DNA of 25,779 nucleotides. Source: a virus. Its lineage: Duplodnaviria; Caudoviricetes. The translations under genes were made by a program, and so were the position numbers. Positions 7,239-15,214 of this stretch are shown piece after piece; positions within the stretch are counted from its first letter, which is position 1, and each line of letters opens with the position of its first letter. The stretch is from IMG/VR virus record IMGVR_UViG_3300029925_000074, positions 1 through 25,779 of that record; one strand, 5' to 3'. The notes under the pieces are model-generated. The model was not told the DNA's origin and made no database searches. It saw nothing but the letters and a program-made list of their open reading frames with translations.

Positions 7239-9121
7239 TCAATTTGGGGGTCAGAACAGAGTATTCATTTCGCCAGACCTACGGTCATTTGAAAGATTTA
7301 TTACCATTTTGTCCCGGTCAAGCGATCGGAATCGCTGACTTTAATAATACCTATGCTCACGTAAAACTTGAACAACTGGTCAAGGATAAAGATATCAAGC
7401 CAATCTATGGGATCAGGCTTGAAGTTTTGAAAGATCCAGAAGCGCGCGTCCGTGGTATTTTTGGCCCCACTTATGTGTTTTTTGCGAAGAATCAACAAGG
7501 TTTATACGAACTCAATCGATTAGTCACCATGGCATGGAAAAAGTTTTACTACCGGCCAATGATCGGTTTATCTGATATTGATGCATTGTCAGATAATGTT
7601 ATTGTGATTGCTGAAAATATCGAGACCCTAGACTCGAGAATTGATTATATTGCACTGACAACTTCTACGCATAAAATGATTGCATCAATTGACTTACCAA
7701 AAGTCTATCTCCAAAATAATTTTTTCAACACCCCAGAAGATAAAGAAGTCTATCAAATAGTGGCAGGTTTTCAAAAAAGAGGCGATGGATATACCTATAA
7801 ATTTGAAAACAGAACCACCCCGCAACATATATTATCGTTAGATGAATTTGACTACTTGTGGGATTGTCCAGATGCAGAACTTAATACCCATAAGATAGCT
7901 GACGAATGCAATGTGGTGCTGCCAAAAGCCCCTATTATCAAGTATGAGGGGAGTAAAACTATAGAATCAATATGTGAATCAGGCGCCATCCTGAGAGGCG
8001 TTGATATTGATAATCCTGGCGAATACAAAGACCGCTATTTACGTGAATTAAATATCATAAAAGAAAAGGCATTTGGGGATTATTTCTTGATTGTATATGA
8101 CGTGGTTATCTACGCCAAAAAAACCATGTTAGTCGGACCGTCCCGTGGTTGTTTTTCTCCAAATTCTTTAGTCAGGATGGCATCAGGCAAACGAAAGGCA
8201 ATACAGGATGTGATTATTGGAAACCATGTTTTCGATTCGTATGGAGTAAGACGAAGAGTTAACGATGTGTTTTCGTATGATCTTGTTAAGGAAGAAATGG
8301 TAGAAATAGAACTTGAAGATGGAACCATTTTAAAATGCACTCTTGATCATAAAATAATGACTAAAAATGGATGGATCAAAGCTGGCGATCTAACAAGTTC
8401 CGATAGTGTATATTCAATTAGTGAACTAGGGAACGAATATCCTATGTGGTTATCCAAAATGATATCCCTTGGTTGGCCGTATGACTTAGCGATAAAATGG
8501 AAGGAGTTAAATTATATAGATTTTTCAGACATTTCACGACTCGATAAACCATCGAAAAAATTTGTAAAATTAGAATGCAAAATATGCGACATGACGAAAT
8601 TAGTACAACATAGAAAGTTAGTAAGTCGAAAATATTTACCAAATTCTCAATTATGCGCTGATTGTATAAATAAAGTAACTCATAGTCTAAACGAAGTTCG
8701 ATTATCAAATTCAAAATCCCAACTGATAGCACAAAATAAACCAGAACAAAGGGCTCTAAATTCAATAACTGTTAGATTTTCAAAAAAAGGATTGAAAAAA
8801 CATTTCGATGAATACTATATCACCCAAACATATAGAAATTTATTTCACGAGATGTATGAAAATAAATGTCAATTATGCAATGAATCCAGTTATTTAATTC
8901 ATCATATCTCGCCAAATGGGGCATCCTCTCCAGATAATCTAATCCCGTTGTGTAATGCATGCCACACTGGAATTCATAACTTCCAGCATATTCGAATAAA
9001 ATGGATTTTTCAAATGTACGAATTAAAAATCATCGTGTTGACAAAATTAGAGTATGAAAATGCTAAAATTGAAAAAAGTGAAATCTATAAAACGATTCAA
9101 TTATTCTGGCAAAGTTTATGA
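7235..9121 (+). CDS. dnaE: DNA polymerase III alpha-like, N-terminal fragment (PHP domain and palm start) fused to N-intein and HNH domain
   Basis: GTGA overlap with the exonuclease stop; INLGVRTEYSF, IKPIYGI and FYYRPMI (PHP); YLRELNIIKEKAFGDYFLIVYD; VGPSRG followed by CFSPNSLV (intein start). Confidence 0.92.
   Translation: MINLGVRTEYSFRQTYGHLKDLLPFCPGQAIGIADFNNTYAHVKLEQLVKDKDIKPIYGIRLEVLKDPEARVRGIFGPTYVFFAKNQQGLYELNRLVTMAWKKFYYRPMIGLSDIDALSDNVIVIAENIETLDSRIDYIALTTSTHKMIASIDLPKVYLQNNFFNTPEDKEVYQIVAGFQKRGDGYTYKFENRTTPQHILSLDEFDYLWDCPDAELNTHKIADECNVVLPKAPIIKYEGSKTIESICESGAILRGVDIDNPGEYKDRYLRELNIIKEKAFGDYFLIVYDVVIYAKKTMLVGPSRGCFSPNSLVRMASGKRKAIQDVIIGNHVFDSYGVRRRVNDVFSYDLVKEEMVEIELEDGTILKCTLDHKIMTKNGWIKAGDLTSSDSVYSISELGNEYPMWLSKMISLGWPYDLAIKWKELNYIDFSDISRLDKPSKKFVKLECKICDMTKLVQHRKLVSRKYLPNSQLCADCINKVTHSLNEVRLSNSKSQLIAQNKPEQRALNSITVRFSKKGLKKHFDEYYITQTYRNLFHEMYENKCQLCNESSYLIHHISPNGASSPDNLIPLCNACHTGIHNFQHIRIKWIFQMYELKIIVLTKLEYENAKIEKSEIYKTIQLFWQSL
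8150..9121 (+). mobile_element. N-terminal half of intein 1 with C-terminally fused HNH homing endonuclease
   Basis: Block A CFSPNSLVRMASG from Cys codon 8150; block B LKCTLDHKIMT..GWIKAGDL; then CKIC...CADC and HNH CQLC...IHHI...DNLIPLCNACHTGIH. No C-terminal HN motif in this ORF. Confidence 0.88.
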
Positions 9122-9176
9122 TTTAAGTATCGACAACACACATACTTATAACATCAATGATATATCAGTGCATAAT
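9054..9176 (+). mobile_element. C-terminal half of intein 1 (41 aa)
   Basis: MKMLKLKKVKSIKRFNYSGKVYDLSIDNTHTYNINDISVHN|S: block F (VYDL), block G (HN) and Ser+1. Splicing restores GPSRG|SSAGS. Confidence 0.9.
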
Positions 9177-11912
9177 TCATCTGCCGGATCTCTTATCTGT
9201 TATCTAATGCAAATTACAGAGGTTGACCCCCTCGAACACGGATTATTATTTGAACGTTTTATCGATCTTAACCGAGCTGATTTGCCCGACATTGACATAG
9301 ATTTCCCTGACGACAAAAGAATAGGCATCATTAAATATCTATTTAAAAAATATGGTGCTGACAATGTTTGTTATATCTCAAACATCAACCAATACAAAGC
9401 GAGATCAGCGATAAATGACACGGGTATCGCGTTAGGCATGCCAAGGGCTGCGGTTCAAAATCTTAAAGATGCAATTGTCGACCGTGGTATGGGAGATGCA
9501 AGAGCGGAAGTATCAATAAAAGATACGTTGGAAACGACAGATATAGGTAAAGATTTCGTCAATAAATATCCTAATATCGTATTAGCCGAACGCATTCAAA
9601 TGCACACAACGCACGCAGGAAAACACGCGGCGGGTATTATTGTTTGTAATGAAGATATTAACCAATTCGGCGGCATCAATGATCGTGAAGGTTCAGTCAT
9701 GCTGAATAAATCAGGCGCTGAGTATTTAGGTTTACTTAAGATTGATTGTCTATCTTTGCGAACACTAACAGTTATACAAGATTGTGCTGATCAGATTGGT
9801 ATGGCTTATTCTGATTTTTATAGTTTGCCCACTGACGATGCGAAAAGTTATCAAGTCTTTAAACACATGAATTTAGGGGGTATTTTTCAATTTGAAGGTC
9901 AGGCAATGCGTATGCTTTGCGAGTCGATGGGGGTGGAAAACTTTGATGATATTGTTTCAATAACAGCGTTAGCGAGACCTGGCCCCTTACATTCTGGCGG
10001 CGCAACAACTTTTGCTGAACGTCGCACAGGAAGACAAGCGATAGAATATACTAGCAATCACCCCATTTATATCAAACACACGAAAGACACTTTTGGCGTT
10101 ATTATTTATCAGGAACAATTGATGTTCCTCTGTCGCGAAATGGGAAACATGTCATGGGAAGAAGTTTCACAAATTCGCAAAGCTGCATCAAAAACGTTAG
10201 GTAAGGAATTTTTTGATAAATATAGAGACAGTTTTTTAAAGGGCGCGAAAGAAAACAATGTTCCTGACGACGAAGCGATAGAAGTATGGGAAAGTATGCT
10301 AACATTTGGTAAATGGGGCATGAATAAGTGCCTGAAATATGACACAAAAATAAGATTAGCGTTTGGAAATCAAAAATATGGGAAATATACAGATATAAAA
10401 ACCCTGTACAATGATTATATCAAACACCCTTCGCCATGGATACGGCAGCAGAAAAACAAAGGCAAAGGAATGCCGGTTTTGTTGAGTCAATGTGAAGATG
10501 ATATCGTTAGGCCACAAATGGCGAAAGATATTGTTTTTTCAGGTAACAAAGATTGTTATCGTTATACGCTATCTGACGGTGAATTTTTTGAATGCCCTGC
10601 CGACCATAAATTTTTAATCAATGGGGAATGGAAAAGAATAGGGGATGCTGTTATTAATGATATGATTACTTGTGGTGATAAAAAAACTCAAGCAGTCGAA
10701 CATATGAAACCTAACGTTTATTCTAAAGGTGCGACAGGTTCATATGAGGGACGTGGCTTTCAAAAAGGAATATATAACCCTGCATATTTGAATGGAAAAA
10801 CAAAGTGTATCGATGATTTTAGAGAAAAAAATAAGAACAACTCTTGTGAAGACTGTTCTAAAAAAATAAAACGAATGGAAGCGCACCATAATGATTTTAA
10901 TTATGGGAATGATAGACCTGACGATCTATCATGGCTTTGTTCTTCATGTCATAAAATAAGACATTATAAAAAAGAACCTTCGAAAATTCCGTATAGCGCA
11001 GGATTCCCGACATACACAAAAACATTAATTAAAATTGAATATGCAGGCAAACACCCCACATATGATATTGAAATGCCAGAACACCATAATTTTGTGCTCG
11101 CTAGTGGGCCGATCACACACAATAGCCACACGATAGCATACGGTTATATTAGTTATTGGTGCGCATATCTTAAAGCTAATCATCCGCTTGAATTCACTGT
11201 CGCCAATCTTAGACACCCAAAAGATCAAGAATCGTCCCTGCGTCTACTGAGAGAAGCCGTGCAACAACATGGATTTGAATACAAAGCAATTGACGCAGAT
11301 AAATCACAACTAAACTGGTCTGTTAGTGATGGTGTGATTTTAGGTGGATTGATGATCATCGATGGAATAGGGGAGAAAAAAGCGAAAGCTATTTTGAAAG
11401 CGAGAACAGCCGAGGGTAGGTATACGCCATCGTTAGCGAAAACTTTGTTAAACCCTGTGACTCCCTTTGATACGCTATATCCTGCGTATGATCTATGGGG
11501 TCATTTCTACGATGACCCTGACAGTTGGGGCTTGCCTACACGCCCCAATTATATCAGCGAAGTGAAAGGCGATGGCTCATGGACGTTATGCGCAAAAGTA
11601 ATCGAAAAAAACTTGCGTGATCTTAATGAATATAACGAGATCTTAAAAAGAGGCGGCGAGATGCTTAAGGGTAAAAGCCACACCTTAAGATTCATCATTG
11701 CCGACGACACGGAACAAATTCATTGCGGTATCAGTCGTTTTAAGTATGACGAACTTGGCGGGGATTATTTAGCCGAACAAATCGAAGAAGGGGAGACATG
11801 GTTATTGCTTAAGGGAGATACAAGTGCAGGCTGGCGATATTTTCACATCAATACGATTCATATTTTAACCGAGGAAAATAGACCTGCTGATAAACAAAAG
11901 AGAGTTAGTTAG
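9054..11912 (+). CDS. dnaE: DNA polymerase III alpha-like, C-terminal fragment, starting with the C-intein and containing a second intein
   Basis: After VHN: SSAGSLICY, LLFERF, PDIDIDF (two catalytic Asp), GKHAAG, LLKID (third Asp), GIFQFEG, ALARPGPL, IIYQEQLM, NK/SHTIAY...AYLKANHP. Confidence 0.95.
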   Translation: MKMLKLKKVKSIKRFNYSGKVYDLSIDNTHTYNINDISVHNSSAGSLICYLMQITEVDPLEHGLLFERFIDLNRADLPDIDIDFPDDKRIGIIKYLFKKYGADNVCYISNINQYKARSAINDTGIALGMPRAAVQNLKDAIVDRGMGDARAEVSIKDTLETTDIGKDFVNKYPNIVLAERIQMHTTHAGKHAAGIIVCNEDINQFGGINDREGSVMLNKSGAEYLGLLKIDCLSLRTLTVIQDCADQIGMAYSDFYSLPTDDAKSYQVFKHMNLGGIFQFEGQAMRMLCESMGVENFDDIVSITALARPGPLHSGGATTFAERRTGRQAIEYTSNHPIYIKHTKDTFGVIIYQEQLMFLCREMGNMSWEEVSQIRKAASKTLGKEFFDKYRDSFLKGAKENNVPDDEAIEVWESMLTFGKWGMNKCLKYDTKIRLAFGNQKYGKYTDIKTLYNDYIKHPSPWIRQQKNKGKGMPVLLSQCEDDIVRPQMAKDIVFSGNKDCYRYTLSDGEFFECPADHKFLINGEWKRIGDAVINDMITCGDKKTQAVEHMKPNVYSKGATGSYEGRGFQKGIYNPAYLNGKTKCIDDFREKNKNNSCEDCSKKIKRMEAHHNDFNYGNDRPDDLSWLCSSCHKIRHYKKEPSKIPYSAGFPTYTKTLIKIEYAGKHPTYDIEMPEHHNFVLASGPITHNSHTIAYGYISYWCAYLKANHPLEFTVANLRHPKDQESSLRLLREAVQQHGFEYKAIDADKSQLNWSVSDGVILGGLMIIDGIGEKKAKAILKARTAEGRYTPSLAKTLLNPVTPFDTLYPAYDLWGHFYDDPDSWGLPTRPNYISEVKGDGSWTLCAKVIEKNLRDLNEYNEILKRGGEMLKGKSHTLRFIIADDTEQIHCGISRFKYDELGGDYLAEQIEEGETWLLLKGDTSAGWRYFHINTIHILTEENRPADKQKRVS
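10329..11123 (+). mobile_element. contiguous intein 2 (265 aa) with HNH endonuclease
   Basis: GMNK|CLKYDTKI ... ECPADHKF ... CEDC...AHH...LSWLCSSCHKIRH ... TYDIEMPEHHNFVLASGPITHN|SH. Removal restores the NKSH motif. Confidence 0.93.
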
Positions 11913-11926
11913 ACTCTCTTTTGTTT
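11892..11926. terminator. 14-bp inverted repeat spanning convergent stop codons (possible bidirectional terminator)
   Basis: AAACAAAAGAGAGT (11892-11905), TAGTTAG loop, ACTCTCTTTTGTTT (11913-11926). Confidence 0.6.
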
Positions 11927-12100
11927 GGGTTTACCAGGGTTTTTTGTCGGCAGATCAACAACATCTTTTTTTAGATCTGTCGATAACTTTTCGTGACCGC
12001 ATTTTCGACAACGTATCCCAAATGTGTTACGGAATATGAATTCTTCTATTAATTTTGATTCGCATTTCGAACATTGATATTGCTTTTGAGTTTTACGCAT
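11909..12100 (-). CDS. small zinc-ribbon protein
   Basis: CSKC...CRKCGH; last gene of the leftward run. Confidence 0.7.
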   Translation of the reverse strand: MRKTQKQYQCSKCESKLIEEFIFRNTFGIRCRKCGHEKLSTDLKKDVVDLPTKNPGKPKQKRV

Positions 12101-12455
12101 CTTGGCTTTTCCTTTCGCTTGACTGGGAACGAGAAATAGACAAACCTAATAATTTAGCTTCGTTTTCTTGTGATTGGTTACCATATCGCGGTGAAAAAAA
12201 GTTTTCTAGTTCCAACGTTTCTCGATTAAGATTGTGAGCAATACCGAAAATATCATGCATGAGGTTTAAGCTATCACCTTCTAGCATTTCAATTAGCCGT
12301 AAACCTAACGAACCATGTACCGCAATTAGATCCATATCCATATCTGTAGAGTCATAATCCAACGCAGGAAACATTTTTTTCACTCTAATTGTTATTTCAT
12401 GAATCAGTTCACTATCTTGAAAATTAACGTTATCTAAAGCTTCTTGAAATTGCAT
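12093..12455 (-). CDS. conserved phage protein (resembles DUF6874 family)
   Basis: MDLIAVH...HDIFGIAHNLNRET.EL...FSPRY pattern, recalled from a common phage family; family name not verified. Confidence 0.7.
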   Translation of the reverse strand: MQFQEALDNVNFQDSELIHEITIRVKKMFPALDYDSTDMDMDLIAVHGSLGLRLIEMLEGDSLNLMHDIFGIAHNLNRETLELENFFSPRYGNQSQENEAKLLGLSISRSQSSERKSQDA

Positions 12456-12629
12456 CTAGTTTTCCTCTCTCTTGTGAAATTTATTAGCGCAAGATTTATT
12501 GCAAAAACATGCCACATACTCGCCATCTTCTAACGACACTTCTGGAGTGTCTGAATCATAATAACCGTCGTCAGGGCTCACATACTTGTGACATTTCGGG
12601 CAATGATAATTTTCCATATCAAATTCCAT
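12456..12629 (-). CDS. small Cys-rich zinc-finger-like protein
   Basis: GGAGG RBS before ATG 12629; CPKC...FCNKSC. Confidence 0.65.
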   Translation of the reverse strand: MEFDMENYHCPKCHKYVSPDDGYYDSDTPEVSLEDGEYVACFCNKSCANKFHKREEN

Positions 12630-12630
12630 A

Positions 12631-12915
12631 TTATAACGCCTCCTTTTTCTTACCACGGCGATTGATCTTATTAACCGCTGTAGTCAACTCATCTTCACGT
12701 CCAGCAACGATTCTGACCACGACTGAGGACATATTGATTCCCGCCGCAGTCAAGACCTTGTTCTTGATTTTGTTTGCGCCTTGACGTGTCAGACCGTGTG
12801 TGTCAGCGACTACCGACACGGGCAATCCATCGCATAGAATTGCCCTGGCCAACGTCACACCTTGATCGCTTAGATCAAGCTTGAGAATTGCTTTGTTGAA
12901 ATCGGTCTCTTTCAT
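12631..12915 (-). CDS. KorA/TrfB-like helix-turn-helix DNA-binding protein
   Basis: LARAILCDGLPVSVVADTHGLTRQGANK resembles the KorA/TrfB HTH pattern (ARxVLVDG.....A...GLTR.AV); GGGAG RBS. Confidence 0.7.
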   Translation of the reverse strand: MKETDFNKAILKLDLSDQGVTLARAILCDGLPVSVVADTHGLTRQGANKIKNKVLTAAGINMSSVVVRIVAGREDELTTAVNKINRRGKKKEAL

Positions 12916-12924
12916 AAATCTCCC

Positions 12925-13524
12925 TTATGCGTATGACGTATAATTGTCAGGTGAAAAAATTTCAACCCCGGCCACTTTTTCAGACTTTTTCAAATATGCC
13001 CACGAATATGAATTGATTTTGACGTGATCGCCCGCTACAGATTTACGCATCGGCTCACCAATGTGCACTTGAATATCAGGGATACATTTACCTGTCATAT
13101 TAGATGATTCAATTAATTGTTGGCCAATTTTGACAATCATCACTTGAGTTTTTCCGATCAATTCAGTTACTAGATAATAGTCAACGTTCGTTTGATCGTA
13201 ACCCCATGAACACGACAGTACGTTACCGACTTCTAGCGCCCTCCCTGGCGTTCTTTCTTTTTCGATTTGCTCGGTTTTACAGCGATTCATAAATTCAGAT
13301 ACATAGGAATTTCTATTACTTTCATCATTACCAAAATTTCTATGAAAATATGTTTTTTTCGATCTGCCTTTATATCCTAATGCAAAAAAAACGACTCCTT
13401 TCCTCGTTCTTCTACTATACAGAAAAACCTGGCAAGAATTTAAATGACAGGTTATACGTTGTTTTTCACCTTGCATCATTTTTCGATGATCGTAAACTTT
13501 TTGTAAAGCGGTTGTCAGTTTCAT
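12925..13524 (-). CDS. conserved phage hypothetical protein (SWGYDQTNVDYY motif)
   Basis: 199-aa ORF in the leftward operon; VG.VL..SWGY.QTNVD.Y.V motif recurrent in phage early genes. Confidence 0.8.
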   Translation of the reverse strand: MKLTTALQKVYDHRKMMQGEKQRITCHLNSCQVFLYSRRTRKGVVFFALGYKGRSKKTYFHRNFGNDESNRNSYVSEFMNRCKTEQIEKERTPGRALEVGNVLSCSWGYDQTNVDYYLVTELIGKTQVMIVKIGQQLIESSNMTGKCIPDIQVHIGEPMRKSVAGDHVKINSYSWAYLKKSEKVAGVEIFSPDNYTSYA

Positions 13525-13527
13525 TTT

Positions 13528-13956
13528 TCATTCTTCCTTTATGATAACAACATCTTTTAGTTGTTGTGCGTAGGACACCACTTTGGTTCTGAATTGCTCG
13601 ACAGTTGGTCTAACTACAATGTGACTACCGACTGGATAACCGAAACAAAAATTTTCTTGGCAAAAATTAATATACTCTTCACTATTTTTACACCCAGGTG
13701 TATGAGTGATTTTATCCACTCTAAAATAACCTCTACCGGTAAAAATTTGATCACCAATTTTCACTTGATCGACCGGTCTGCTGTAATTTTCGTCTATATA
13801 GACTTTCACAGCTTTTGCTGATTTAGATGCGTTGCGTGTTAAAGTTTTGCCAGATCCGCGACATCCTCGGCATCTAGTCCCTTCCATTTGATTATACGAA
13901 AATTCACCCGTGCCGCCGCATCGTGTGCATGTTTGCTTTTTATATGTAATTTTCAT
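13528..13956 (-). CDS. hypothetical protein with DnaJ-type CxxCxGxG zinc-finger repeats
   Basis: CTRCGGTG and CRGCRGSG. Confidence 0.8.
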   Translation of the reverse strand: MKITYKKQTCTRCGGTGEFSYNQMEGTRCRGCRGSGKTLTRNASKSAKAVKVYIDENYSRPVDQVKIGDQIFTGRGYFRVDKITHTPGCKNSEEYINFCQENFCFGYPVGSHIVVRPTVEQFRTKVVSYAQQLKDVVIIKEE

Positions 13957-14041
13957 GGATTTCTCAACATAAAATCAATTTCTACGATTCATATTTTAGT
14001 TTTGCTTTTTCAGCTCCAGGTGTGTTGGTTAGCCCAGTAAT

Positions 14042-14632
14042 TTAGTTCCAACTTGCGTTTTCAGGTAACCAGTTTTCTAAAATTTCTGTCGCTGCTTCAA
14101 TCGTTCCGCCGTCCTCTAAAACTGTCATTGCTTCTTTACCTGCGGCCGACTTGCGATAATCGCTAGCGTATGTATACGACTCGGCTTTGACATAGATCGA
14201 AGCTTTGGGATATTTGGCTCTGATTTCGTCGCTGTTTGCAGCTAGCCCAGCAGGCGGGTTAGCGCCATCGTTGTCTTCGTTTTCCATCATATGAGTAAAT
14301 GCTTCTTCGTAGTATTCCTCTTCGCGCAACACCGCGTAGAGCGCTTCGAGTCCAGGAATCGCCTGCTCTATTTTATCTTTTTTCGCTTGTTTTTTTTCGT
14401 CAAAAGCCCGGTTAAGAACCTTTGCATTTTGCTCGGTGAGCGCGACAAAATTGGGGCCAATTCTGAAGTAATGGCTAGCCACATCCAACGCTTTGCGATA
14501 TTGCGGGATATTAGGAATGATAAGAGCACGGCCACTTAATTTGCCGTGCATATTATTTTCTGCAATCTCGGCGGTCATTTTGTCAATGTTGATGTTGATT
14601 TTTTTGCCGGATGGTGTTTGTAGTTTTAGCAT
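14042..14632 (-). CDS. hypothetical protein (196 aa), first gene of leftward operon
   Basis: AAGGA RBS; directly downstream of the leftward promoter. Confidence 0.8.
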   Translation of the reverse strand: MLKLQTPSGKKININIDKMTAEIAENNMHGKLSGRALIIPNIPQYRKALDVASHYFRIGPNFVALTEQNAKVLNRAFDEKKQAKKDKIEQAIPGLEALYAVLREEEYYEEAFTHMMENEDNDGANPPAGLAANSDEIRAKYPKASIYVKAESYTYASDYRKSAAGKEAMTVLEDGGTIEAATEILENWLPENASWN

Positions 14633-14658
14633 TTCGGTTTCCTTTTTGATTTGTTTTG

Positions 14659-14701
14659 ATTGATGCCGTACATCTTACATGATAGTTTACGCGTGTCAAC
14701 T
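14659..14701 (-). promoter_or_regulatory. leftward sigma70-like promoter (TTGACA-N16-TAAGAT)
   Basis: Reverse complement reads AGTTGACACGCGTAAACTATCATGTAAGATGTACGGCATCAAT. Confidence 0.8.
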
Positions 14702-14774
14702 GGAATCAGCGATTTATTTAAAAAATTGTGAAATATAAATAAAATCAACTTTTTTGAAAATAATTGATATTTAT

Positions 14775-14817
14775 AGTTGACACGCGTAAACTGACATGTA
14801 AGATGTACGGTATCAAT
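14775..14817 (+). promoter_or_regulatory. rightward sigma70-like promoter (TTGACA-N16-TAAGAT)
   Basis: AGTTGACACGCGTAAACTGACATGTAAGATGTACGGTATCAAT; -35 at 14777-14782, -10 at 14799-14804; 40/43 identical to the leftward copy. Confidence 0.8.
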
Positions 14818-14839
14818 TAAATCAAACCAGGGAAAGAAA

Positions 14840-15034
14840 ATGTTTACAAATGTACTGACTTTCGAAGACGGACACATCGAATACTGGTCTACTTATTCGA
14901 TCACACACGGCCTTAAAATCTTCAACAATCCTATGGAAGCTTCTGACTATATAGAAGCAACAAATGATCACTTTGTCAGGGGAGTGATGTTTCATAAAGA
15001 ATTAAACGGCACTGACATGTTGTCTCGAGACTAA
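14840..15034 (+). CDS. hypothetical protein (64 aa), first gene of rightward operon
   Basis: AGGGA RBS; lies between the promoter and repeat copy 1. Confidence 0.7.
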   Translation: MFTNVLTFEDGHIEYWSTYSITHGLKIFNNPMEASDYIEATNDHFVRGVMFHKELNGTDMLSRD

Positions 15035-15049
15035 TTTTTCAATCGATAT

Positions 15050-15094
15050 CACTGGCCCGCTGACTGAGCGGGCTTTTAGGTAGAAGTAACCAAA
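15050..15094 (+). repeat. intergenic hairpin repeat, copy 1
   Basis: CACTGGCCCGCTGACTGAGCGGGCTTTTAGGTAGAAGTAACCAAA. Confidence 0.95.
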
Positions 15095-15147
15095 CAAAAA
15101 AAGGGTAGATAAACTTGGGACGGTAAAAAATAATTTTAATCAAACCT

Positions 15148-15197
15148 CACTGGCCCGCTACTGAGCGGGCTTTTAGGTAGTAGTAACCAAATTAACT
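15148..15197 (+). repeat. intergenic hairpin repeat, copy 2
   Basis: CACTGGCCCGCTACTGAGCGGGCTTTTAGGTAGTAGTAACCAAATTAACT. Confidence 0.95.
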
Positions 15198-15214
15198 TAC
15201 GGACTAAAAATATC

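Noticed and set aside
9038-9069. Internal promoter for the DnaE C-fragment (TTGACA at 9038)
   Set aside because: The nearest -10-like TAAAAT is 20 bp away and lies downstream of the start codon.
7235-11912. dnaE as a frameshifted pseudogene
   Set aside because: The break falls inside the intein between blocks B and F, the second ORF has its own ATG, and all catalytic motifs are intact; a sequencing indel cannot be excluded without reads.
14626-14877. 83-aa - strand ORF across the divergent promoters
   Set aside because: Overlaps both promoter arms and the start of the rightward gene; no RBS or protein-like features.
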